A DNA stretch of 64,000 nucleotides from Cyanophora paradoxa CCMP329 (Eukaryota > Plantae > Glaucophyta). The notes below the pieces were generated by a model, which did no database searches, was not told the DNA's origin, and saw nothing but the letters and a program-made list of their open reading frames with translations. The stretch covers positions 1 through 64,000 of the forward strand of contig QPMI01000197.1 of assembly GCA_004431415.1 (NCBI GenBank), read 5' to 3'. The position numbers and the translations under genes were made by a program. This document shows positions 48,682-60,458 of this stretch, piece after piece. The first letter of the stretch is position 1. The number at the start of each line of letters is the position of its first letter.

Positions 48682-50336
48682 CTAGCGCCGCAGAAAGTCG
48701 CGCAGGCCGGCGACGAGCTCGCCGGCCGCCGCGTCCGCCGCCGCCGCCCCCTCCCCGCGCTGCATCGTCCAGTTCACCGACGCCAGCATCATCTGCCGCC
48801 GTCCGCGGATCAGGCGAGCGTGGGGCGACCAGGGGGGCGGGTGGGGGCGAGGGCGCGCTCTGTAGTCCACCGGCAGCTCGACCGTCCTGGGGTCGACGAG
48901 CCACACTGCCGCCCGAGGGTGAGGCGGGGCGGGCGCTTGCAGGGCCCCCAGGGCCCGCGGCACGCACCGGGGAACTTGGGGATGCGCAGCTGGTGGTGGG
49001 CGAACTGCATCTGCGGGAGGGTCAGGAACATCGTCGGCCCGAACGTGAATCGGGGGCCGCGTCGCGCCTCGTCGTCGCAGTTGTGGGAGCGGATGTACCC
49101 CGGCGAGAGGAAGCAGACGTACGCCCGGCAACGCTGCATCGCCTCCTGCGCCCGCCGCGCACCCCGCGCGCTCGGCATGCTGGAAAGCGCGCGGCGGTGG
49201 GCGACGCGCACCCCGATCTTGGCCATCCACTTCTGGCCCGCCTTGAGCTCGCGGTCGACCCTGCGCGAGGCGAGGGCGTCAGCGGTGCGGGGGCGGGGGA
49301 GGGGGCCACGGAGAGGGGTGGCAATGGAGGGGGGCGAACCTTATTTGGAAGCCGGCGGCCTCGAGGGCGTCGCAGTAGCGGAAGACGAGCGCCGCGTCGA
49401 CGTGCGCGTAGCTGCACGGCGGCGTTAGAGCCGGCGGCGTGCGGTGGAGGCCGGGCAACGCGCCTGACGAAGCAGTCGCAGGCTTTGCCGTCGGCCGCCG
49501 GCTGCAGCGGGGGCGGGTGCTGCGGGACGGCAGCAGGCGCCTGCTGGGGACGCTGGGCCGCGGGCGGGGAGGGCGCCGCTGCGGGGCGGGCTCGCGTCGG
49601 GGGAAGGGAAGCACGGGCGGGGGTACACTGACCGGGGGCCGGAGGGGCGCGTGCGGCGGGGGCGGCGGGCTGCGGTGGCGGGTGAGTGCGCGGTGGAAGC
49701 CGAGGCCGGGGCCGGGGTGAGTGCGCGGTGGCGAGGGGCGGGGCCGGGTGCCGGGGCGGCGGGGCGCACCGCGGGGGCGGGGGCGGGGAGGGAGCGGAGG
49801 TATGCGAGGCGTTCAGCCGTGTTCTTCTTCTTGAGGAGCTCCGGCATGGCCGTGAGGGGGTTGCCGTCCACGTACAGCACCTTCAGGGCGGCGAGGCGCC
49901 CGATCTCCGGCGGCAGCGCCGTCAGCTTGTTGCCGCGCACGTCCAGCGCCTGCAGGATGGAGAGGCGGCCGATCTCGGGCGGCAGCGCCGTCAGCTGGTT
50001 GTTCTCCACCCAAAGCCCCTGCAGGGCGGCGAGGCGGCCGATCTCCGGCGGCAGCGCCGTCAGCTGGTTGCCATCCACGTTCAGCACCTTCAGGGCGGCG
50101 AGGCGGTCGATCTCCGGCGGCAGCGCCGTCAGCTGGTTGCTCTGCAACCACAGCTTCTCCAGGTTCGTCAGCTTCGCGAGCTCGGCCCCCGGGATGCGCG
50201 TGAGCTTGTTATAGCCGAGGTCGAGCTCGCGGATGTTCGCCGGCCCCGCCGCCGCGATCTCCGCCGCCGGCCACTCCGTCCGCCCCTCCTTCTCCAGGTC
50301 CAGCTTCCCCTCCGCGGGGATCCACCCCCTGCCCAT
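48682..50336 (-). CDS. LRR-TIR gene A2 (TIR type A), apparently complete
   Basis: MGRGWIPAEGKLDLEKE is followed by 4 LPPEI modules, the cap GNPLTAMPELLKKKNTAERLAYLRSLP and a Pro/Ala linker. The spliced TIR runs DCFVSYAHVDA...SHNCDDEMQFA...MMLASVNWTMQRGE...LRDFLRR*. Phases of the linker exons were not fully verified. Confidence 0.85.
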
Positions 50337-53300
50337 GCCTGCGGGGCGGTCAGCCGCAGAAGCGCGCTGCGGGGAGCGCGCCGCTGCCCCGTCCGGCGGG
50401 TCCCCAGCCTGCGGGGGGCCGCCCGGCCCGCGCTGAGCCCCTCCCGCAGGGGGCGGTGCACGCGCGCGCCGGGCTCTGCCTTTACCGGCCGCCCCGCCCC
50501 GCCCGAGTCGCGGCTCGGGGGAGCGATCGGCGGCCTATGGGAGATTGCACCCCCACGCCCGGGCGCGCGCTGGGTCCTCCCCCCCCCCCGTTCGTGGGTT
50601 GGCGAACGAGGCAGCAAGCGACGCCGGCGCCGGAGCTCGAGCGTGGGCCCCGTCGACTCGCCCCGCATCTTAGCCGACGTCCGCGCGCCCGCCGCGTCGC
50701 TTGGTGGGATCAGTGCGGCCCCTCGCACGCTGCTAGGCGACCCGTGCGGCCCAGAGCGAATTCGAAGCGATTCGTACGCGTAGATTCTAGACCGGCGGGG
50801 TCCGCGCAGCGGCAACTAGCGAGCAATCGGGGTTCTGCACCCGCCCGGAGGAGCGCACCTTCGACGGATCGCCTTGACGCAGCAGAGCCGAGCTTTCGGA
50901 ACCGACGGAGCCCGCCCGGTCAGAAATCCTCGCCGGTCGCGTGCTGCCTGCTGGCTGGCAGTGGCTGCTCGCCCGCTGCTCTGTGCAGGGGCCTGCGCGC
51001 CGGTACAAGCAAGCAATGAGCAAACGACAGGAGCGATGCCAGAAACCCGTCGGCTTCGCGCCTGCCGCGATGAATGCCGATTCACCGAACGCTGGGGTAC
51101 GGTCACGCCGAAGCGCCGGGGTACGGTCGCGCCGCCTCGGCTGCTTTCATGGCGGCCGGTGGAGCGGTACGTATACGCTGCCTTTGCTTCTACGGTACGG
51201 TCGCGCCGCGGGCCTCTTGCTTTCATGGCGGGCGGGCGGGTCTGTGAGCTGCATATACCTATAAACGGCGTTCCGGACCGGTGCACTACGTATACTGCCC
51301 GTCCACTTCATCGTGCGCCAGCCTTCCAGAGCGATCATGATCGGGACACAGGCGCAGCTGCAGCTGCAGCCATCAAGACGCAGCTGCGCAGACGCACCGG
51401 CCGCGGCAGCTGCCGCCTGGCAGCCGGGCCCGAGGCCATGGCGGAGCACAGCGCCGTCCGCGGTGCACGTGGCGGGTCGACCCGGCCCGGCCCGCTCCTC
51501 GTTCAGCAGTACTTTCTGTAATCCAGCAGCACTCAGACGAATCATGAGCGAAGTTCTGGTCGCCGCGGCGCCGGCTCCGGCGAACGGGGCGCGGGAGAGG
51601 CTCGAACCAGCTCGATGCTCGCCGGCACCGCGGCGCCGCGCGGCCTGCTGATGCACATGGGCGCACGCGTGCACGCAGGCGCCGTCCAACGACGCTTTAC
51701 CCGTTGACGCAGTGCATGCCTGCAGTCGCGGCTCCCGCGGCCAGCGCCCCGGCGCCCCGCGCGAGCTGCAGCGCGCCTCTCGGGGCCCCGCGGCGGATCT
51801 GCGGGCGCCCGGTCCCGCCCCGCCGGACCGCGGACTGGAGACCTCTCCGCGCGCCCCTCGCCCGTCGCCGCGGCGCGGCCCTCGCCCCGCCCCCGCCCCC
51901 GCCGCCCGCGCAGCGCAGCGCCCCGCCGCCCGCCAGTCCCCGCCGGGCGCCCTCCCCGAAGGGCCGCGTTCGCCCCCGGCCCGCCCCGCCCCGCCCCGCC
52001 GCGCGCCTCGAATCCCCTTCCCGCCCTCCCTCGGACGCCTCGCGCGCCCCCGTACCCCACCCCGCAGGCCCTTCGAGCCGGGCGCCGGCGCCCCTTCGCA
52101 CGGGCCGGCCCTTCGGATCCCCCGCCTTCCTCCCGGGGATCGAGGCGAGCCCCGCCCTCCCCGCGCTTCTTCTGAGGCTTCATCTCGGCTTCATCTCAGG
52201 CTCACCTGAACATGAGATCAGGCCCGGCCCGAGGACGCCGTCCAGTCGGCGGCGCCCGCCGCCCGCCGCCCGCCGCCCGCCCCCGGCCCGCCTTCCCTCC
52301 CTCCGAGGCTCCTCGATCCGAGGAGAGTGGGCGCCCGCCCCGTACCCCCCGACCCCTCTCCTTCGCGGCCCCAAGCCTGCCTCGCCCCCTTCTCCCGGGC
52401 CTCGAGGTGGGCCCCCTCCTCCCTCCCCTCCCCTCCCCTCCCCCCCCCCCCTCCCCCGTCTTTAACCCCCGCCTTACCCCCGCGGTCTCGCCCACTTGCC
52501 CTCGCCCCCGCAGATCGCAGGCGTGTGGCGCGGGATATCCCTACCCCCCCCTTCCCCCCCGGGGCCGCCCGCCCTCCCCCCGTCCAGCTCCCTCCCTCCC
52601 TCCCTCCGCGGCGGACCGCCTGCCGCCCGCACGGGCGCCCCTCCTGCGCCATCGGGCCGCCCGGCCTCGCCCCCCGCTCGCCCCCCCTCCGCCCCCGGGC
52701 CCCTGGCTCGGGGCCGTCTGAGCCGTCTGAGCCGTCTGGGCCGTCTTCATCCGCCCCCGTTTCTCCTCTCCCTCGCGCTGTCCCCGCCCCGCCCCGCCCC
52801 GCCCCGCCTCTCGCATAGGCCGCCCCTCTCTTCGCCCCCTCCTCCGAGGATCCCTCGCAACCGGCCCCCCCTTCGGCCCTCCGCCCCGGCCCGGCCCCGG
52901 CCCCGGCCCGGCCTCCGGCCTCGCGGGCCGCGCCGAGGCCTCTAGATCTGGCGGTGGATCGAGGGCGGGCGCCGGCTCCCTCCCCTCCGCGCCCTCGCTT
53001 CCGAGTCCTTCCTCCACGCCGCCTCCCCGCCGGCGCCTCCCGGCCCCGCCCGTCCCCGCCCCCCGGACTCCGGACTCCGGGAGGACCCCGGCCCGGGAAC
53101 CTGCAGTTCATTGTTGCAGTTGGACCCGGGACTCGTACCTGATTACTAAGTCACTAGCCTAGTAGCCATGGTCATGATCACGAGCGCTTGTCCCTTTCAG
53201 TGATCATGACTGTCCGGATCCATATGCACGTGATCGTGACGTCAACATGTACAGGCCTCGGGCCTTGAAGCACAAACCGTCGAACTATGCACCGCGGCAC

Positions 53301-53955
53301 AGATGTGCAGGGCTCCCGAGGCCTGATCATGAGCCCCGGGGGCTCGGAGTTCATTGCAGTGCAATAACTCCAGCCTGGCAGAGATCTAGACTCGTATGCA
53401 TGCCGCGCTGCATGATCATAATCAGGGCCTTGCTATGACTATGAGGCTCTTTGTAGCTCCGCGGCCTAGTACTACGCGGGCCTCGGGAGCCCCGAGAGCA
53501 CCCGCGGCCTCCTCGAGGGGGCGGGGGAGGGGAGAAGGGCGGGGGAGGGGGGGAGGAGGACAGAGAGGAGGTACAGGGAAATACTTCCGAAAATTCGACT
53601 CAAATCTCGACTCAACTGAATCACTCAACCCAAGAGAAAGACTTCTGAAGACTAGAGCAAAGAAGAAAGACAAGTACGAACTCAAGCAGGTCAGGCTCAG
53701 GGCTGGGAGCCAGGTGCGCAGGGCCGGGCCGGGTCCGTGGGGCGGGCGGGCGGGGCCCTCAGCGGGCGAGAAGGGCGGGAGGTTTGGGGGGGGAGGGGAG
53801 GAGGAGAGGGCCCTCCAGGGGACCCGGCGCGCCGCGCGGGGCGGGGCGGAGGCGGAGGCGCCGACGGCGGGCGGGGGGAAGCGAGCGAGCGACGGCCTGG
53901 GGCCGACCGGAACGAGGCGGGAAGCGGGGCGGAGGCGGGCGGGGCCTCGGGGCCC

Positions 53956-55475
53956 TCAGGGGCGGGCGCCCTCGTCGCGGGACCCGCCGGAAGGCCGCCT
54001 CCGCGGGCGGGCAAAGACGAGCCGCAGGTCGGACGGGATCTCCGCGGCTGTGGGGCGATCAAATTTCGAGGTTCGGTTGGCTGGTAGAGCGACCTAGGCC
54101 TGGGGCGGGGGCGCACGGGCGGGAAAGCACGTAGTGGCTCGCCAGGACGTCTGCGCAGCACGGGGCCGGGGAAGATCAGGCGCCGCCAGGCACTAGAACA
54201 GCCGAGCGGACCCTGGGAGATGATGAGGACGACGCTCGTGGAGGCGTCGATGATCTTCTCGAGCCTGCGGGGCGGGGGGCCGGCTCGGGTGAGAGCGCGG
54301 CGAGCACTCCAGCTCAGAGGGGCGCACTGGTGGAGCTCGAGGCGGGAGTCGCCGGCGTCGAGGAAGACGCGGAGGCCGGGGCGGGCCTGCTCGAGCTGGA
54401 GCTTGAGGGCGAGGGCGAAGTGCCCCGCCGAGGACTGCTTGTGCGAGAGGAAGACGTCGTACTGGGCCGCTACGGCGGGGCGTGAGGCGGAGGGGCGGAG
54501 GGGCCGGCTGCTCCGGAGATGATGCACGGACCGGGGGCGGGCTGCGGCGAGGGGTGAGGAGCGGGGCGCGGGGGACGGGGCGGCGGGGCGCACCGCGGGG
54601 GCGGGGGCGGGGAGGGAGCGGAGGTATGCGAGGCGTTCAGGCGTTCAGAGGGGATTGCCGCTCACGTCCAGCGTCTGCAGACGGGAGAGTCGGCCGATCT
54701 CCGGCGGCAGCGCCGCCAGCTGATTTTTCTCCACGCTCAGCTTCTGCAGGTTGAAGAGGCGGCAGATCTCCGGCGGCAGCGCCGTCAGCTGGTTGTTGCT
54801 CACGAGCAGCTCCTGCAGGCTGGAGAGGCGGCCGATCTCCGGCGGCAGCAACGTCAGCTGGTTGTTGCTCACGTACAGCTCCTGCAGGGCGGCGAGGCGG
54901 CCGATCTCCGGCGGCAGCGCCGTCAGCTGGTTGCTCTGCACGTTCAGCCACCGCAGGGCGGCGAGGCGGCCGATCTCCGGCGGCAGCGCCGTGAGCTGGT
55001 TGCTACCCACGCCCAGCGTCTCCAGGGCGGCGAGGCGGCCGATCTCCGGCGGCAGCGCCGTGAGCTGGTTGCCGCTCACGCCCAGCGTCTGCAGGTTGGA
55101 GAGGCGGCCGATCTCGGGCGGCAGCGCCGTCAGCTGGTTGTCGTTCACGTACAGCGTCTGCAGGGCGGCGAGGCGGCCGATCTCCGACGGAAGCGTCGTC
55201 AGCTGGTTGCTCTGCACGTTCAGCCACCTCAGGGCGGCGAGGCGGCCGATCTCCGGCGGCAGGTCCGTCAGCTGGTTGTTGGTCAACCACAGCCACTCCA
55301 GGTTCGTCAGCTTGGCGAGCTCGGCCCCCGGGATGCTCGTGAGCTTGTTCTCGCCAAGCTCGAGCCAGCGGATGTTCTCCGGCCCCGCCGCCGCGATCTC
55401 CGCCGCCGGCCACTCCGTCCGGTCCTTCCCCCCCAGGTCCAGCTTCCCCTCCGCGGGGATCCACTACTTGCCCAT
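53956..55475 (-). pseudogene. LRR-TIR gene B2, pseudogene
   Basis: Starts ATG GGC AAG TAG (stop at codon 4, 55464-55466; GAG in B1). It has 9 LRR modules and the same TGA after GNPL. The TIR lacks 71 bp including the GEV helix and has further small deletions. Confidence 0.85.
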
Positions 55476-56274
55476 GCCTGCGGGACGGTCAGCGGCAGAA
55501 GCGCGCCTCGGGGAGCGCGCCCCTGCCCCGCCCGGCGGGTCCCCAGCCTGCAGGGGGCCACCCGAAAGCGCCATAGCACGCTTCTAGGCGTAGATTCTAG
55601 ACCGGGACCCGCCTAGCGGCAACTAACAGCAATCCAGCCTGGCAGGCCATGCGCCCGCCCGGAGGAGCGCACCTTCGACGGATCGCCTTCCCGGTTCCCG
55701 CACGCCCGCTACTCTGTGCAGGGAGCTGCGCGCCGGTACAAGCGAGCAGTGAGCGAACGACAGGCGAGCGATGCCAGAAACCCGTCAGCTTCGATTCGCA
55801 CCTGCCGCCCGCAGCCGCCGAAGAGCCGGGGTACGGTCGCGCCGCCGCTAACTTTAGTAACCCGCTGCTGCAGCTGCGCTACTTCGAATTCCATGCATGC
55901 GCATATGGCCGGGCGCTTGCGGGCGCGGGTCTGTCAGACCCGCACTGCATGTACTCCAGAGCATGTACATGTACATGTGCCAGCTTTCAACATGTGCCAG
56001 CTTTTAAACATGTGCAGCTGCAGTGCAGGTGACTCAGCGCTTTCAACATGTACATGTGCCAGCTTTTAAACATGTGCAGCTGCAGTGCAGGTGACTCAGC
56101 GCTAGCGCTAGCCTCGAGCCTCGGAGCTCATGATCATGATTAAGGCCTCATGATCAGGGCCTGGCAAAGACTCTCAGAGTCTTCGCGGGTCCTAGGCCCC
56201 ATGGCCAGGCCCGTCCTAAATGCCACCCGGCATCTCGAACCCTCCTTTCTTCCTCCCTTCGAATTCGCGGCTCC

Positions 56275-59200
56275 CTACTTCCGCTTGGCGCCTGCGGGGG
56301 GCGTCTTGCGGGTCACCTCCGAGCGGCTCGCCGGCCGCGCCGGCCCCGCGGCCTCCTTCGGCGGCTCGGGCTCCGCAGGCTTGGCCGCCTCCGCCGGGGG
56401 CGCCGGGGGCGGCGGCGTCTCCGGCTGCGCCCGGACCGGAGGGGACGCGCGCGGTGAGCCGCAAATAAACCTAGCTGGATACAAGGGCCTCTAGCGCAGG
56501 CGCAAGCGGACCTTGGGCGGGGGCGGGGCGGCTCGAAGGTGCCGATGTACTCGTCGCCGTTGGCGTACAGCATGCGGCCCTGCGCCCTCGAGCTCAGGGG
56601 GGGGGGGAAGAGAGGGGGGAGGGGGGGGGGGGGCGTGGACCCGGGGGACCGAGTTCTAAGGGGAGGAGGGAGGAGGCGGGGGAGGGGAAGGCGCCGGGCG
56701 TCTAGAAGAGGCGCCGAGCGGCGCGGGGCGAGGGGGGCGGCGCCCCCACTTGAAGTTGGATTGATATAGATCTTAGTAGGGGCTTAGTCGTTTTTCTTTA
56801 ATATTGAATCTTAGCTAGATCTTAGTAGATCTAGATTCTCTGATTCTTGGGCTTATGGTTCTTAATAGGCTTAAGATTAGGCCGCACCCGCCCGCACTTG
56901 AAGTCGCCGGCCCACTCGCCCTCGTACACGTCCCCGCTCCTTTGGAGGAGGCGCCTCAGATGAGGGCGGGGGAGAGGAGGGGGTGGGGGGTACGGACATG
57001 TAGCGCATGGTGCCGGTGCCGTGCCGCTTGTTGTCGAGCCAGTCCCCTGCGCGAGGATGAGGGGGAGGGGGGGGGAAGAAAGGGGGGGTACGCGGCCCGC
57101 ACCCTCGTAGGTCTCCCAGACCGTCTCCTCCTCTGCCGCCGGTTCGGCGGGTGCGGGCGGAGCAGCAGGAACCCCCTCCGCCCCCTCCGCTGCCGCCGCT
57201 GCCGCCGGCGCCGGCGGCTGAGCGGCCTCCGAGGGGGCGGTACCCGGCCGCGAGGCGGGCGGGGAGGGCGCCGGCGAGGGCGAGGGGCCGGAGGGGGCGG
57301 AGGGCTGAGGCTGAGGCTGAGCGGGCGCCGAAGATACCGCTGAGGCCGGGGCCGGGGCCGGGGCCGGGGCCGGGGCGGCGCGCGGGGGCTTCCTCGGGTA
57401 CCGCGCCGCGCCGCGGCCGGTGCGGACGCCGGACTTGAAATCTGAGCGACGGCCCCCGCGATCAGCGTCCATGCGACTCTTGAACTATTAATCTATTAGA
57501 AGCTTATGCCGCCAGGAGATTCTTAAGAAGACGCTCGAGAGCGCGACAGGCGAGGCCCCCCACCCCCCACTCCCCCATAAAGGCCGAACGCCCTCGCGCT
57601 CCCGCCGCGCGCCGCGCCGCGCCGCGCCGCGCCGCGCCGCGCACCGCCGTCGTAGACGACGCCGTTGCGGTACTCCGCGTGGCCCCCGGGGCCCTGCGCC
57701 CCGCCCCGCCCCGTGAGACAGGCTCGGGTCGGCCACGCTGGGCGGATGGGCGGGCGGGGCGGTGCCTCGAGTTCGTTTAATCTAGCGGGGGCGGGGCTTG
57801 GGGGGCGGGGGGGGGGAGGGGGAGGGTGGGGGGGGGGGGTGCGGGGCGGGGCTGGGGGGGGGAGCCCGGGGGGGGGGGGGGGGGGCGAAACATAGCTATG
57901 GTACTATCGTAGTCATAGTTCTACAATAATCATCAAGGTAAAAAGCGGAGCCGGTGCGGGGGCGGGCAGGGCTTCACTATAAATCGGTTAAGCTTTAGGT
58001 CCGTTGAGCTTTTAGAGTTTAATCTAGCGGGAGCGGGGCGGGGCGGGGGCGGGGGCGCACGTCGCGGTCGCCCATGACAAAGGGGCCGACGTAGAGGACC
58101 TCCCCGTCCGGGCCCCCCGCAGGCCCGAACCTGCGCGAGAGAGGGGATGAGACCGGATCGGATCGGATCAGCCCTGGCTAGCTAGCTCCTGGCGTCGGCT
58201 TCGGGTCCAGTGGGCCGTGGGATCCGAAGGGCCGACCCGGAGGCGGGGAAGGCGGCTTAGAGGCCCCAAGCATGTAAGCCCCGAGTGCTTCTAACCAAGC
58301 CGTCTCAGAGTACCCCGACGAACAGCTGCCACGAGAGGAGATCACGGACTGGAGATCGTATGAGCCCTCGCAGGCCCTAAGCCCCCGCTATCTATGAGCC
58401 CCGGACCTATACGAGCCTCCAGCGCTTATAACCGAGCCCCAAGAACGCAGCGCGGTGGCCCAACGCCCCTCTATCTATCTATCTGCCATCCCTAAGCCCC
58501 AGGCCCCTTGCTTTTTATTCAAGCCCCAAGAAAGCGGCGCGGACCGGAGGGTGCCGTGCCCGTGCCGGGCGATGGAGTGGCCGTGGGCGCCCGTGAAGGG
58601 CCCCTCGTACACGTCCCCGCTCGGGTGCTCCTCCACCCCTGCGAACAAAGTTCAGGGGGGGGGGGGGGGGGGGGGGTGGGGGGGGGGGGAGGGGTACCGA
58701 AGGGGAGGCCGTCCTCGAGCCACTCGCCCGAGAAGCGGCTGCCCGTCTCCGCGACGGTGAGCGCGCCCTGCTCGGATCAGATCAGATCGGATCGGATCGG
58801 ATCTGATCAAATCAGATTAGATCGGAGCAGAGGGCTCACCTGACCCTGCCGGACGCCCTGGTTCCAGTCCCCCTCGTACTTGTCCCCGTTCGTGTACAGC
58901 ATAACGCCCCGCCCTGCGCTATTTTAAGGGGGGGGGGAAGAGACGAGGGGTACGGGCTCGGGCTCGCACCGTGCCGCACGTTGCGGCGCCAGTCGCCCGT
59001 GTACACGCGGCCGTCCCAGTACGTCATCGTACCCCCCGCCCCGTCCATCGCGCCCTCCCTCCACGGGCCCTGCACCCCAGGACGGTTCAGGGTGGGGGGG
59101 GGGGTGAAGACGAAGGGGGGGTACGGGTACCTGGTAGACGTCGCCGTTGGAGAACTTCATGAGACCCGAGGGACCGGTCATCTGACCGTCCACCCACGGC

Positions 59201-60458
59201 CCCTCGTACACCTGTACCCCCCGAGAAACAATTCATAAGCCTCTCAAAGGAGTGGGGGGAAGGAGTTAAGGAGGGGTACGCACGTCTCCGCCCTGGAAGC
59301 GGCACGTGCCGCTCCCGTGCCTCAAATCGTTCCGGAAGTCGCCCTCGAACGTATCCCCTACCCCCCGCCTCGCCCGTCACGAACCGCGCCGGGAGAAGAG
59401 GGGGGAGGGAGCGGGCGGGGGGTACCGTTGGGAAGGTGCTGGAAGCCCTTGCCCTCGCGGCGCCCCTCTACCCAGCGCCCCTGGTACCGCTCCCCGGTCG
59501 CGTACAGCATCATGCCTGAGCGGGGATTACGTCAGATCGGATCGGATCAGATCAGATCAGATCAGATCAGATCAGGTGAGATCTGAGCCGCACCGATGCC
59601 GTTCCTGTGCTCCCCGAGGAAGTACCCCTCGTACCGGTCCCCGTTCGCGTACCAGAACGTGCCTGCGGGGCCTAAGCTGAGAAAACGGATAGAAGGAGTA
59701 GGAGTAGAAGGAGTAGGCTCTTAGAAGAAGCCCCCCCGCCCGCCCGCACCTTTGCCCTGCCGCGCGTCGTTGACCCAGACGCCGACGAAGCGGTCGCCGT
59801 TAACGTAGGAGTACTCGCCGGGCCCGTGCTTCAGGTTGTTCACGAAGGCGCCCTTGAAGCGGTCCCCGCCGCTGTACGTGATCTGGCCCGATCCCTACAG
59901 CCTCGGAGGTCAGCAGGGGCGGAGAGGCGGAGCCAGGCGGGGTTCGCTCGCTCGCTCGCCTCGCGCCGGTCGTCGACCCACTCTCCCTCGTACAAGTCGC
60001 CGTTCTCCCACTGGTACGTGCCGTACCGGTGCCGCACGTCCTTCGTCCAGTTCCTGCGGGCCGCGGGCGCGGACGCGGACGTGGACGCGGCGGTGGCTCA
60101 GCGGTGCGGCGGCGGTGCGGGAAGCGGGAGAGGGGGCGGGAGCGCGGCGCAGCGGCTCGGGCTCACCCCTCGTACTTCGCGCCGTCGTGGTAGAGCAGCG
60201 TTCCTGTGCCCGCGCGGATTCCATCGACCTCGGGAAGCACGGGAAGTTCGACAGGCGGCGGAGGCGGCGTGGGCTCCTCCGGCGGCTGCGCGGCGGTCCC
60301 AAATCGTCAGAGGCTGTGCCCGGGGAGCGCTCGCGGCTTCGCGGGCGCACCGGTGGCGTCGGCGACTTGAGCGGCTCCGGCGGCGGCGGCGGAGGCTCAG
60401 CAGCGGCTGCCGCGGCTGCCTTCGACTCTCCCTTCTTCCCTGCTGGCTTCGGCGGCAT
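56275..60458 (-). CDS. MORN-repeat protein, multi-exon, complete
   Basis: MPPKPAGKKG start; many MORN units (GTYQWENGDLYEGEWVDDRRE, GEYSYVNGDRFVGVWVNDARQGK, GTFWYANGDRYEGYF, GVMLYTNGDKYEGDWNQGVRQGQ); stop after RKTPPAGAKRK. Confidence 0.9.

Noticed and set aside
25152-55475. Toll-like receptor, NLR or ROCO assignment for the LRR genes
   Set aside because: No transmembrane helix, P-loop NB-ARC/NACHT or ROC GTPase motif lies between the LRR and TIR; the linker is short and Pro/Ala-rich.
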